DNA of 64,000 nucleotides from an uncultured Spirochaetota bacterium (lineage in GTDB: Bacteria > Spirochaetota > B62-G9 > CAZFGQ01). A program made the translations under genes and the position numbers. Shown in pieces: positions 1-9,997 of this stretch. The notes under the pieces were generated by a model. It saw nothing but the letters and a program-made list of their open reading frames with translations, was not told the DNA's origin and searched no databases. The stretch lies in assembly GCA_964518675.1 (NCBI GenBank), contig CAZFGQ010000004.1, positions 3,631 to 67,630 of the forward strand, written 5' to 3'. Position 1 is the stretch's first letter, and each line of letters opens with the position of its first letter.

Positions 1-1599
1 TGTATTATTTTTTTACTGGTCTTTTTGATAAACAATATTTTTTCAAGTGTTTTCCCGGATTCAATAGCATCCTTTGCAAGTAAGTATCCTTCAGATATAC
101 TGTTGCAGGTTCCATATATATAAAGACCTGCACCTGCATTAATGGCAATTGCCTTCTTGAGCCCTTCGTACTTATTTCCTTTTAGCAGATCGATTGCCAT
201 TTTTGCATTTTCCTTGGCACAGCTGCCTTTTATAACAGATAGATCATATTTTTCACCTATTATCTCATCTGGATGTATAATGTAGCTCTTCATTTTCTGA
301 TCGCTGTCCACCTCAACGACATACGTGTCTGCCGAAATGGATATTTCATCAAGTCCGTCCTCGCTATGAACCACCATTACCCGTTTTTTTCCAAGTTTGA
401 TAGCGGCCTCAGCAACAACTTCTATAATGCTTTTATCATAAACACCTATTACCTGATATTCAGCGCCTGCCGGATTTACTAGAGGCCCGAGCAGGTTCAT
501 GACAGTTTTAAATCCAAGTTGTTTTCTTACCTTTGCTGCATATTTCATCGATTGGTGGTAAATTGGTGCAAAAAGAAATGTAAATCCACACTCTTTTAAA
601 AGTTTCTCAGCTTCCTCTGGCATTGTGTCTGTGGGGATCCCGAGCTCCCGGTAAAAATCAGCACTGCCAGAACGTGAGCTAATACCCCTGTTTCCGTGTT
701 TTGCTACCGGAATACCACAGCTGCTGCATACGAGGGCTGCCATTGAGGATATATTGAAACTGTGAGATCCATCACCACCTGTACCACATGTATCAAGCAC
801 AGGCGATTCTGTTTTAATGGATCTCATTTTATTCAGTAATTCTTCTGCAAGTCCGGCCAGCTCATCCGGAGTTGGTTTTTTTGTACTCATTGCAGTGAGA
901 AATGCTGAGATATGAATTTCAGAAAGCTCTCCTTCTGTTAGCTCCTCCATGAAACCCCTGCATTCCTCCCGTTTCAGGTTATTCTTTTCAATTATTTTTT
1001 TAATCAGCTCGGAAACAACGAGGGGTTTCCTTTTATACCTCAGAAAGTTTTTAAGTAATTTTTTGCCATACTGGGATGCTACGGATTCTGGATGAAACTG
1101 GATACCCTCCACTGGATATTCCCTGTGTCTGATTCCCATTATTTCGCCAGAGCTGGAAGTAGCTGAAACTTCAAGCTCTTCGGGCAGAGAGTTTCTATCA
1201 ATTATAAGTGAATGGTAACGTGTAAAGATTGCCGGGTTTGGTATATTTCTGAAGAGTCCCATTCCGTCATGATAGATTTCATCTGTTTTGCCGTGGAGTA
1301 TCTTTGAAGATGGAAGGATTAAGCCACCAAAGGCATAACCTATTGCCTGATGTCCCAGGCAAACACCGAGAATGGGAACTTTCGGGGCAAATCTTTTTAT
1401 CACATCAACGGTAATGCCTGCATCCTCCGGTCTTCCCGGCCCTGGTGATATGATTATTCCCTCAGGATTTAATTTCTCAAGTTGCTCGATGGAGACTTTG
1501 TTGTTTCTAAAAACTCTGATTTCATGATCTGAGATCTGCCTGAAATACTGATAGAGGTTATACGTAAAAGAATCAAAATTATCAATCAAAACAAACATT
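1..1599 (-). CDS. trpGD: Bifunctional anthranilate synthase component II / anthranilate phosphoribosyltransferase (TrpG-TrpD fusion); C-terminus lies beyond the window edge
   Basis: Reverse-strand translation from the ATG at 1597-1599 (GGAGG RBS 8 nt upstream) reads MFVLIDNFDSFTYNLYQYF...GVCLGHQAIGYAFGG (class-I glutamine amidotransferase). It continues without a stop (...HPESVASQYGKKLLKNFLRYKRKPLVVSELIKK...) into a TrpD domain with LDTCGTGGDGSHSFNIS, and runs off position 1. This ORF is absent from the supplied ORF track. Confidence 0.8.
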
Positions 1600-1609
1600 T
1601 TTTACCTCC

Positions 1610-3025
1610 TTAAATCTCAATACCCAGTGAAAGGCATAGAGCTCTCAATTTTTCACATATTTCCTCATATTCTCTTTCGGGCTTTGAGTCGTAGACCACT
1701 CCAGCTCCGGCCTGAAGATAAAGGATATCATCGATCTTCAATGCACTTCTTATTGTGATGCATGTATCGAGTGTTCCTCCGGGCTCAAAATATCCCACAA
1801 TCCCCGCATAAAATCCTCTTTTTACTTCCTCTAGTTTATTGATTATTTCGATTGCTCTGATTTTAGGTGCTCCTGAAACTGTGCCTGCAGGGAAACTCAT
1901 TCGAAGGGCATCCAGACCTGTCTTCCCACTGTCAAGCTCTCCATCAACCTGGGAGACAATATGCATTACATGAGAGTAGTTTTCTATTCCCATGTATTCC
2001 GTAACCTCGACGCTTCCAGGTTTGCATACCCTGCCCAGATCGTTCCTCGCTAGATCAATCAGCATCAGGTGCTCTGCAATCTCTTTTTCATCATTTAAAA
2101 GTTCTTCCTCCAGTTTTTTATCCTCTTCGGGGGTTTTGCCCCTTTTCCTTGTACCTGCAATTGGTCTTATGGTTGCTTTTTTGCCTTTCACCCTGATATG
2201 AACCTCAGGTGAAGACCCAAAAAGCTGAAATCTTTTACAATCAATGTAGAACATATATGGTGAGGGGTTCAAAGATCTGAGTTTCCTGTAGGCCTCAAGA
2301 GCAGGGATTTCTGTTCTGATTTTTATACGATTTGAAAGTACACCCTGAAGCAGGTTCCCCTTGATAATCTCTCTTCTGACCTTTTCGACACCTCTGATAA
2401 ATTTTTCTCTGCCAGAATGGAGATTGAGCGGAATGGATGGATAATCGACCTCAGGTATGTATAGATAGTTAAAATCAAGGTCATGGAGCCTTCTTTCAAG
2501 CTCTTCAATAGCTTTTTCCAGATTGATTGAATGTTCCTTGTAGTTCAGGCCCAGCAATGTAATGGTATCTGTGAAATGGTCGAAGATGAGGAATGTGTGC
2601 CCAAATATAAATAGTGCATCAGGGATTTTTGTCTCATCTGGTTTTTCATCAAGGTTTATCTCATCGAAAAACCTGCAGTATTCGTATCCAATGTATCCTA
2701 TGCCACCCGCAGGGAATGGAAAGCCGGATTCCGGGTTTTTATGCTGGGAGGAGAAATAATCAACAAGTTCGAGAACATCTTTTACCTTTGATCTAAGTCT
2801 GTGGATTCTACCATCCATCTCCAGGTATATATCAGTTCCTGTCTGAAATACCTTAAAAGCTTCTCTTTCCAGTATTATTGAAAACCTGCTCTTACCTCCC
2901 CAGAAAGAGGCGGATTCGAGAAGAGCGGAAGCTTTTAGCTTTTTGCAAAGTGAAAAGGGGGTAAACCTCTCACCATGAATAGTTTTTATTATCAGATTGT
3001 TTGAGATTTTAACTGTTTCATTCAT
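1610..3025 (-). CDS. trpE: Anthranilate synthase component I
   Basis: 471-aa ORF with TrpE-type chorismate-binding core ([10 protein letters not shown]...GYIGYEY...IAGTRKRG...[14 protein letters not shown]). The stop lies 10 nt upstream of the trpG start, so the two are coupled. Confidence 0.92.
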   Translation of the reverse strand: MNETVKISNNLIIKTIHGERFTPFSLCKKLKASALLESASFWGGKSRFSIILEREAFKVFQTGTDIYLEMDGRIHRLRSKVKDVLELVDYFSSQHKNPESGFPFPAGGIGYIGYEYCRFFDEINLDEKPDETKIPDALFIFGHTFLIFDHFTDTITLLGLNYKEHSINLEKAIEELERRLHDLDFNYLYIPEVDYPSIPLNLHSGREKFIRGVEKVRREIIKGNLLQGVLSNRIKIRTEIPALEAYRKLRSLNPSPYMFYIDCKRFQLFGSSPEVHIRVKGKKATIRPIAGTRKRGKTPEEDKKLEEELLNDEKEIAEHLMLIDLARNDLGRVCKPGSVEVTEYMGIENYSHVMHIVSQVDGELDSGKTGLDALRMSFPAGTVSGAPKIRAIEIINKLEEVKRGFYAGIVGYFEPGGTLDTCITIRSALKIDDILYLQAGAGVVYDSKPEREYEEICEKLRALCLSLGIEI

Positions 3026-3142
3026 ATCTTCCTCCCCAATAACTCATCATTGTTAGAGTTTTTAGATATCTAGCAGAAAAACATCCAAATCTCCTGAAAG
3101 AGATCATTAAACTAACTGTAGCTTTCCGTTATTGAATGTTTG

Positions 3143-3184
3143 AAATAAATAAAAAAGGCCGTAAAACCAAATGGTCTTACGGCC
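3143..3184 (-). terminator. Intrinsic terminator of the trp attenuator (minus-strand transcript)
   Basis: The minus-strand RNA reads GGCCGUAAGACCAUUUGGUUUUACGGCC followed by UUUUUUAUUUAUUU. This is an 8-bp GC-rich stem plus a U-tract, about 118 nt upstream of the trpE ATG. Upstream segments (AAGGCCGUAGGUCCUGGC / GGUCAGGUCCUGCGGCCUU) can pair with each other or with the terminator 5' arm. Confidence 0.7.
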
Positions 3185-3269
3185 TTATAGAGAAAGGCCG
3201 CAGGACCTGACCTAACTTCTGGGTTTAGCCAGGACCTACGGCCTTCAAACTATATGAAGGTGGTTCTGG

Positions 3270-3356
3270 CTAACCCCAGAACCACCACCACCAGCTATAA
3301 TTTTTATGGCTTAATTCTTTTTTCATTACAGATCTCATTATTACAGCTCTTGTCAT
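3270..3356 (-). CDS. trpL: trp operon leader peptide (28 aa, five Trp in the last seven residues)
   Basis: The reverse strand reads atg aca aga gct gta ata atg aga tct gta atg aaa aaa gaa tta agc cat aaa aat tat agc tgg tgg tgg tgg ttc tgg ggt tag, giving MTRAVIMRSVMKKELSHKNYSWWWWFWG*. The Trp-codon stretch GGUGGUUCUGG is complementary to the CCAGAACCACC that immediately follows the stop. The plus-strand ORF 3254-3517 (..TTTT..) is its antisense artefact. Confidence 0.75.
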   Translation of the reverse strand: MTRAVIMRSVMKKELSHKNYSWWWWFWG

Positions 3357-3527
3357 TTTCAATTTTTATCTGTGTTAATTTCCCTGGCACTATATATAAC
3401 TATGGTATTATTATCAAAGATTCAATATATTTCTTTTTACTGACAAAGTGTTCTATTTGTAATTTATATTTAAGTATAAACATCTCGTACAGAAAGTCAA
3501 GCACATTCGATTTTTGAATAGAAGTGA

Positions 3528-4085
3528 TTGTGTTACCGTTTCTCCAAGAAGGGAAAGTTTAGTCGAATGAGAGAGAACCACATCTTTATTAAAGAAACTT
3601 TCAAAATATTTTCTCATATCCATATCTACGTTATCTTTTCTCGATGGTTGGGGCTTGTGGATACTAAAGCGGCTCTTGTTATAGGGTATACAGGATGGCT
3701 TTTGCCAATTTCAGTCTGGATACTGTATGGTTATTTTCAGACAATACCAAAGGACCTTGAGGATGCTGCAAGGATCGATGGATGCACTAGGCTTAAGGCT
3801 CTCTTTCGGGTTGTTATGCCTCTTTCAGCACCAGGCCTTGCGGCAACGGCTATTTATGTTTTTATAAGTTCGACGAACGAGTTTTTATTTGCAATGATAT
3901 TTGCAAGTACTCACCGGTCAAAAACAATTCCTGTTGCTCTTGCCGATATGGTAGGAAAATATCAGATAAGATATGGGGATATGACGGCAGGTGCGGTAAT
4001 TGCAGCAATATTTCCGGTGGTTCTGGCTTTAATATTTCAAAAGTACCTTGTTCGTGGACTTACCGCCGGTAGTGTGAAAGGTTGA
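3528..4085 (+). pseudogene. Truncated MalG/CUT1-type ABC transporter permease (C-terminal half only)
   Basis: Residues about 40-185 match a permease C-terminus, including the EAA loop (EDAARIDGCTRLKALFRVVMPLSAPGLAAT), over roughly 150 aa of the usual 280. The N-terminal 40 aa (MCYRFSKKGKFSRMRENHIF...) look non-native. No upstream partner ORF exists; the trp leader sits there instead. Confidence 0.55.
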
Positions 4086-4128
4086 AAAACATTTAATCTA
4101 AAAATCGCTGAGTGCTTGAGATTACTTC

Positions 4129-4740
4129 TCAGGCTTTCACAAACTCATTGTATTTTTTTTCCTCACCAATGGTTGTATTTTCTCCATGACCTGTGTATAC
4201 AATGGTCTCATCGGGGAGTGTATAGAGTTTTTCTCTGATGCTTTTTTCCAGTTCTTTAAAGGAGCCCATTGGAAGGTCTGTTCTTCCGACCGATCTGAAA
4301 AACAGTGTGTCTCCCGAGAAGAGGGCCTTCCCAACCTTTAAGGATATACTTCCTTTAGTATGTCCTGGAGTATGTAACACTTCTATCGGGATCCCGCCTA
4401 TCTCAAGCTTATCTCCTTCATTGAGTAAAATATCTGGCATGACAGAAATAAACGGCATTTCTACCATTTCTGAAAGATTTAATTCAGGATTGACCAGTAC
4501 CTGGTATTCATCCCTGTGGCATGCAAGTTTTGTATCGTATCTTGATTTGAGATCGTTGTTCGCACCTATGTGGTCGTAGTGCCCATGGGTATTTATAATG
4601 TAAAGGAGCTTTCTTCTTCCAATTACAGGATATATAAGCTCAGGGTTACCACCTGGATCGATAACGACTGCTTCGGTCTCGTTTCTTATTATGTAGCAAT
4701 TTGCACCCAGAAGACCCACAACCTTTTTAATAATCTCCAT
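4129..4740 (-). CDS. MBL-fold metallo-hydrolase (glyoxalase-II-like)
   Basis: THGHYDH metal-binding motif, a downstream HTPGHT, and a GDTLF segment. Confidence 0.88.
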   Translation of the reverse strand: MEIIKKVVGLLGANCYIIRNETEAVVIDPGGNPELIYPVIGRRKLLYIINTHGHYDHIGANNDLKSRYDTKLACHRDEYQVLVNPELNLSEMVEMPFISVMPDILLNEGDKLEIGGIPIEVLHTPGHTKGSISLKVGKALFSGDTLFFRSVGRTDLPMGSFKELEKSIREKLYTLPDETIVYTGHGENTTIGEEKKYNEFVKA

Positions 4741-4832
4741 CTTTTATCTCACCTTCGGATTTCTAAACCATATCTTTTTAAAGTAACAGTATTTGGTAAA
4801 GAGCCAGCACATGAAAAGATATTTCACAGCAG

Positions 4833-5285
4833 CTAGAACTTCTTCTCGGAAGAATCAAGTATTATTGTCACAGGTCCAAAGTTGTTCAGTTTTACCTCCA
4901 TTATTTCACGGAACTTTCCCTCTTTTACCGGAATGTTGTATCTGGATAGCTTCTCTATCACTGACCTGTAAAGATGTACAGCTTTTTCGGGATCAGCTGC
5001 TCTTGTAAAACTTGGCCTTCTTCCTTTTCGGGTATCTGCGAGGAGGGTAAATTGGCTTACTACCAGTATTTCACCATTTATATCAAGCAGAGATCTATTC
5101 ATCTGCCCCTTATCGTCGGGGAAGATTCTTAGATTTGCAACTTTACCTGCAATATATTTTGCATCCTCCTCTTTATCGTCGGTGGATACACCAACAAGTA
5201 GTAGTATACCCTCTCCGATTGCTGAGATTCTTTTCCCATTTACCAGTATCTCTGCTTCTTTGACCCTCTGTACAAGACCGATCAT
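4833..5285 (-). CDS. dtd: D-aminoacyl-tRNA deacylase
   Basis: 150 aa with the SQFTLLAD...KGRRPSF signature of Dtd. Confidence 0.9.
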   Translation of the reverse strand: MIGLVQRVKEAEILVNGKRISAIGEGILLLVGVSTDDKEEDAKYIAGKVANLRIFPDDKGQMNRSLLDINGEILVVSQFTLLADTRKGRRPSFTRAADPEKAVHLYRSVIEKLSRYNIPVKEGKFREIMEVKLNNFGPVTIILDSSEKKF

Positions 5286-5294
5286 TTTTTACTA

Positions 5295-7382
5295 TTATTT
5301 TTCCTTTTCTGCCTGTTCTCGTCTCCGCATTGTTTCCTTTATCACATCTTCCGCTATTTTCCCACTTATTGGTTCATAGTGTGAGAATTCCATCTCGAAT
5401 GAGCCTGTACCTGATGTTAGTGATTTTAACTCTATTGCATATCTCAGTAATTCAGCCTGGGGAACTTTTGCCCTGATAACCTGTAACCCTCCACCCAGGC
5501 TATCCATACCGAGTACTCTTCCCCTTTTGGAGTTCAGATCACTCATTATGTCACCTGTATATTTCTCGTCAACATAAACAGTAAGGTCCATTATTGGTTC
5601 GAGAAGTGTGGGTTTTGCCTTTTCCATGGCAAGCTTAAAAGCCTGTCTCCCTGCTATTTTAAAAGCCAGTTCGGAGGAATCAACCTCGTGATAGCTACCG
5701 AAGACCAGGGAAACTTTTACATCAACTACAGGATATCCAGCTACTACTCCCTCCTCCATCGCTTCTCTAACTCCCTTTTCTACGCCGGGAATGTACTGTT
5801 TGGGGATTACTCCACCGACAATTTTATCTACAAACTCGAATCCTCCGCCTCTTGGCAGCGGTTCTATTTCCAGAAATACCTGCCCGTACTGTCCATGGCC
5901 ACCGGTCTGCTTTTTGTGCTTGTAATCGGCTTTTGCCGGAACGGTTATTGTTTCTCTATAGGCGATCAGAGGTGTGGATGTTACGTAATCGATACCGTAA
6001 TTTTCCTTTATCTTTGAAAGAATGATATTGAGGTGTAGCTCTCCCATGCCAGAGATGACGGTTTCTTTTGTTTCCTTGTTGTATTCTACTTTAAAAGAGA
6101 TGTCTTCCTCGGCTGCTCTCTGAAGAAGGGAGCTCAGTTTATCCTCTTCTTTCTTGTTCTTTGCCTTTATTGCTACACTGTAAACAGGATATGGGAGAAC
6201 CATCTCTGGGAATACGACAGGTCTGTCTGTGGAGGATAGTGTATCTCCTGTTTCTGCATATGGGAGTTTTGTGAGGGCTATAATATCACCTTCTTCAGCA
6301 TCCCTTTCAAGAGGATTCTGGGTTTTGCCAAAGGGTGTAAATATCTTTGAGAGCTTTTCTTTCTTATCTTTTGTTGTATTCATAACCTCCTGTTCTGCCT
6401 TTACTGTGCCTGAAAAAACCCTCACATATGAAATCTTGCCGGCAAATTGATCTATTACTGTTTTAAAAACCAGGCCTGTAAACGATTCATCTTTGCTGCA
6501 TTTTATCTCAACTTCTTTGCTTTTATCGTTGGCATTAAATGCCTTGATTGTTTCCCTGAAATTAGATGGAGGTGCAATTTCCTTTATTATTCTTGTAGCC
6601 TCTGTTATACCAATGTTCATTGCGCAGCTTCCCACAAGTACAGGTACAACCTCCCTCGATTCTATTCTTTTCCTGAGGCCCTCAACTATCTCTTCCTGTG
6701 TTAACTCTTCTCCTTCGAGGTATTTTTCTGTAAGCTCGTCTGTTGATTCCGCACTGATCTCTATAAGATTATTTCTCAGAGACTCAACCTCCGATTTGAG
6801 ATCGTCTGGTACTGGGGATTTTTTACCGGATTTTGATTTTTCTTCATAGATGTAAGCTTCCATACCAAGTATATCTACGACGCCTTTAAAATTATTTTCA
6901 GCACCTATGGGAAGCATTAATGGAACAACGTTTGTTTTGAGATTTTGTTTTATATTTTCAAGAGTATTGTTAAAGTCTGCATGCTCTTTATCCATCTTAT
7001 TAATAAAAATGATTACTGGCAGGTTGAGCTTTTTGGCTCTGTTCCAGTTTTTGGTGGTTTCGATCTCTATCCCTCTTACGGCATCCACAAGCATGAGAGC
7101 TGAATCGACTCCATAGAGACACGATACTACCTCTCCTGCAAAATCTGCAGAGCCAGGTGTATCGATGATAGTAAAGTTTGTGTCCTCATGTTTGAAGTTG
7201 AATATGGTCGATTTAATGGATATTTTCCTCTTTATTTCTTCCTCATCATAATCACTTAGCGATTTTCCATCATCCACCCGTCCCAGTGTATCAACTATCC
7301 CAAGATCATACAGGAGATGGTCAATGAATGATGTCTTGCCAACTGAAGTATGACCGACAAGAGCTAGGTTGATCTTCTTCAT
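5295..7382 (-). CDS. Elongation factor G paralog (EF-G2-like translational GTPase)
   Basis: 695 aa with full EF-G domain architecture. The G1 motif is divergent (GHTSVGKT instead of AHIDAGKT). The C-terminal GGHGQYG...[15 protein letters not shown] motifs are conserved. The canonical fusA is at 22860-24953. Confidence 0.85.
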   Translation of the reverse strand: MKKINLALVGHTSVGKTSFIDHLLYDLGIVDTLGRVDDGKSLSDYDEEEIKRKISIKSTIFNFKHEDTNFTIIDTPGSADFAGEVVSCLYGVDSALMLVDAVRGIEIETTKNWNRAKKLNLPVIIFINKMDKEHADFNNTLENIKQNLKTNVVPLMLPIGAENNFKGVVDILGMEAYIYEEKSKSGKKSPVPDDLKSEVESLRNNLIEISAESTDELTEKYLEGEELTQEEIVEGLRKRIESREVVPVLVGSCAMNIGITEATRIIKEIAPPSNFRETIKAFNANDKSKEVEIKCSKDESFTGLVFKTVIDQFAGKISYVRVFSGTVKAEQEVMNTTKDKKEKLSKIFTPFGKTQNPLERDAEEGDIIALTKLPYAETGDTLSSTDRPVVFPEMVLPYPVYSVAIKAKNKKEEDKLSSLLQRAAEEDISFKVEYNKETKETVISGMGELHLNIILSKIKENYGIDYVTSTPLIAYRETITVPAKADYKHKKQTGGHGQYGQVFLEIEPLPRGGGFEFVDKIVGGVIPKQYIPGVEKGVREAMEEGVVAGYPVVDVKVSLVFGSYHEVDSSELAFKIAGRQAFKLAMEKAKPTLLEPIMDLTVYVDEKYTGDIMSDLNSKRGRVLGMDSLGGGLQVIRAKVPQAELLRYAIELKSLTSGTGSFEMEFSHYEPISGKIAEDVIKETMRRREQAEKEK

Positions 7383-7579
7383 TTTTTACCCCCTGGAGAA
7401 TTAAACGTATCCACACTATACTGTCGCAGCAATCATGTGTCAAGATTTTCATTGTACTGTTGAATGCTGCTTATATCCTGTAAAGCATGTTGAGTGAAAA
7501 GTACGGATAAGTACTTGTTTTAAAAAAACCAGCCATTTTAAAATGGTATGTTTTAAATTTTGCAAAGGCCTTACCCTGG

Positions 7580-9475
7580 TTGAAATTTAACTGGTTGTAT
7601 ATTATTTTATCTTTTATGAAAAAACAATCACTGCATACTTTTCTGCTGATTATTATCAGCCTTTTTGTACTTACCTCATGTGCAACCCTATCCAGTAAAG
7701 ATATAAAAAATATCCAGAAAGTGGATAAAAAAATAGAGGAGGATTTTGAGAGCAGTATCGAAAACCAGGATTTTTTTGATGCATGTAAGAACTTTATCGA
7801 GTATACAAAAAATTTTAAGGATGAAAAAAGATTCGATATGTTTAATAAGGTAAATCTTCTCTATCTCAAAAAACGCGAGGAGCTCGAAAAAAGTCAGAAT
7901 TACCTCGAAGCCCTTTCTTATACATATACCATGATAACTCTAACAAATCTTATCGATGGAAAAGAGGAATTAAAAAAGTATGAAACTTACCTTAAAAATA
8001 AAATAGAAGAATTAATGAGAAGCTATGATGGCTCAGCTGGAGATTTGAGAAAAGGTTCGTTCTATTTGTTTCTCTCTCTTTTTGAACCTGATAATCCATC
8101 CATTTATAAGAATCTTGTTAAAATATTTTTAAAGAGGGGAAATCCATTTATTGCTGATAAATATTTCAGAATTTATCTGGAAAAGTTAAAGGATTGTGAG
8201 CCTGAAAATGCTGAAGAGATTGAGAGTATCGAAAAGGATATAGGTAAACTTAAAAATGAGATAGAGAGTGATAAAGAGCTTCTTCAGAATGCCATTGATA
8301 AGGTTGTAGAAAGCAGTGTGAAGATTATTGTGGACCTGGGGATAAAATCCAGTGGAGGTTTTGGATATCCGGAGAGTGTGATTGGAACTGGTGTTGTCAT
8401 TGATCCTGAAGGGTATATCATAACCAATTACCATGTGATAGAACCTGTGGTTGATCCAGAATATGAAGGGTATGCCAGGGTTTATATTACCCCGGGTGAG
8501 GACGAAAGTGTGAAACTTCTGGCAAAGGTGGTTGGGTATGACCGAGTTTATGATATAGCCCTTTTAAAAGTAGAAAAGAAAATGGTTTCAAATATAAAAT
8601 TAGGGGATTCTGATACGTTAAGAAGGGGGCAGAAAGTATATGCAATTGGAAATCCTGTAGGTTTAACCAATACAGTTACATCGGGTATTATAAGCAGTAT
8701 TGATAGACCTTTTATACAGATAGGGAGTGTGATCCAAATCGATGTACCAATTAATCCTGGAAACAGCGGCGGTGCATTGATAGATGAAAAAGGATACGTA
8801 GTGGGAATTAATTTTGCCGGTTTACCAAACTATAAGGGGTTAAACTTTGCCCTTCCAATAAACCTGATATATTCTGTGATTTTTAAATTGTACGAAGAGG
8901 GTGAGGTTGAGAGAAGCTGGATTGGATGCACGGTCTCAAAATCTTTGGAGAAGCTGAGGGTCGATTATATTATGCCTGAATCTCCTGCTTCAATTTCAGG
9001 AATTATGCCAGGAGACTATATACTCGAAGTTGCAGGAAGGGATGTTTCTGAGATTTTTGATGCGCAGAGGATTGTTTCCCTCATGCCAAGTCCAATTGCT
9101 GTGTCTGTATTAATAGAGAGAAACGGGGAGGAAATTTGTAAAAGTATTCTTCTGGATAAAAGGCCGGAAATTCCATCAGCATACATCTACCAGCATGATG
9201 CTGAAGAGAATATTATAACCCCCATTTTCGGCATCAAGGTTAGAAGGTCTGAAGGATTGGGGAAAAAAACATATATAGTAGAAGGTGTTATTCCAGGGTC
9301 GCCTGCTCAGGAAGCTGGAATATCTGAGGGTGATGAGCTTAAATTAAGAAAGGTTGAATACCTTTCATCTCAGGGTGTATTTATACTTAATATGGAAATA
9401 AAATCCAAAAGGTACGGATACCTTGATAAAAATCTTGTCTTATACGCGGATGAAATAATGAATAATTTTTTATAG
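7580..9475 (+). CDS. HtrA/DegP-family serine protease lipoprotein with an N-terminal ~270-aa helical domain and two PDZ domains
   Basis: Lipoprotein signal (MKKQSLHTFLLIIISLFVLTSC, likely true start at 7616). The trypsin-like core has H (ITNYHV), D and S (GNSGGAL) catalytic residues. Two PDZ-like segments are present (GIMPGDYILEV; GVIPGSPAQEAGISEGDEL). The N-terminal coiled-coil/TPR-like region matched nothing I recognise. Confidence 0.8.
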   Translation: MKFNWLYIILSFMKKQSLHTFLLIIISLFVLTSCATLSSKDIKNIQKVDKKIEEDFESSIENQDFFDACKNFIEYTKNFKDEKRFDMFNKVNLLYLKKREELEKSQNYLEALSYTYTMITLTNLIDGKEELKKYETYLKNKIEELMRSYDGSAGDLRKGSFYLFLSLFEPDNPSIYKNLVKIFLKRGNPFIADKYFRIYLEKLKDCEPENAEEIESIEKDIGKLKNEIESDKELLQNAIDKVVESSVKIIVDLGIKSSGGFGYPESVIGTGVVIDPEGYIITNYHVIEPVVDPEYEGYARVYITPGEDESVKLLAKVVGYDRVYDIALLKVEKKMVSNIKLGDSDTLRRGQKVYAIGNPVGLTNTVTSGIISSIDRPFIQIGSVIQIDVPINPGNSGGALIDEKGYVVGINFAGLPNYKGLNFALPINLIYSVIFKLYEEGEVERSWIGCTVSKSLEKLRVDYIMPESPASISGIMPGDYILEVAGRDVSEIFDAQRIVSLMPSPIAVSVLIERNGEEICKSILLDKRPEIPSAYIYQHDAEENIITPIFGIKVRRSEGLGKKTYIVEGVIPGSPAQEAGISEGDELKLRKVEYLSSQGVFILNMEIKSKRYGYLDKNLVLYADEIMNNFL

Positions 9476-9544
9476 ATCAGTGACATTGGGGAAAGAGCTT
9501 GACTTTTCCATAATATTTAATAAATTAGGTGCGGAAAAAGTTTT

Positions 9545-9617
9545 GCCCACATAGCTCAGTCGGTAGAGCACGTCATTGGTAATGACGAGGTCACCGGTTC
9601 AATTCCGGTTGTGGGCT
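9545..9617 (+). tRNA. tRNA-Thr (anticodon GGU)
   Basis: Cloverleaf readable: acceptor GCCCACA/TGTGGGC, D-arm GCTC-AGTCGGTA-GAGC, anticodon stem CGTCA/TGACG with loop TTGGTAA, T-arm ACCGG-TTCAATT-CCGGT. No encoded CCA. Confidence 0.85.
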
Positions 9618-9652
9618 AAAATCTAGCCTAAAATTAAAAATCGGGAATAAAA

Positions 9653-9808
9653 ATGAGAGAGTTAATAGCTTTAGCATGTCAAGAATGCAAGCGTAAAAAT
9701 TATACGACAACAAAAAATAAGAGAAACACTCCATCAAAGCTGGAGTTAAAAAAATACTGTCCCAGTTGCAGGAAACATACTGTTCATAAAGAAACGAGTA
9801 TTAAATAG
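9653..9808 (+). CDS. rpmG: 50S ribosomal protein L33
   Basis: 51-aa ORF below the track cutoff: [51 protein letters not shown], with the CxxC...CxxC zinc ribbon typical of L33. Confidence 0.85.
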   Translation: MRELIALACQECKRKNYTTTKNKRNTPSKLELKKYCPSCRKHTVHKETSIK

Positions 9809-9890
9809 TTATCGATTTAAGCCATATTGATTAATTTCACTTTAAATATTATATTATCTTTGTTTGTAAAACATATACGTATAAATTGAT

Positions 9891-9964
9891 AGGCCAGTAG
9901 CTCTAACTGGTAGAGCGCCGGTCTCCAAAACCGGATGTTGCGGGTTCGAATCCTGCCTGGCCTG
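9891..9964 (+). tRNA. tRNA-Trp (anticodon CCA)
   Basis: Acceptor AGGCCAG/CTGGCCT, anticodon stem CCGGT/ACCGG with loop CTCCAAA, T-loop TTCGAAT. Position between rpmG and secE is typical. Confidence 0.85.
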
Positions 9965-9997
9965 AATTTTTTTAATGTCTTCATATCAGGGGGAGGT

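Noticed and set aside
273-482. 69-aa plus-strand ORF
   Set aside because: Lies antisense inside the minus-strand trpGD coding region, which has a continuous, motif-bearing reading frame. No RBS or homology.
3254-3517. 87-aa plus-strand ORF containing TTTT
   Set aside because: It is the antisense reading of the trp leader's Trp codons (ACCACCACCACC). The biologically coherent reading is the minus-strand leader peptide.
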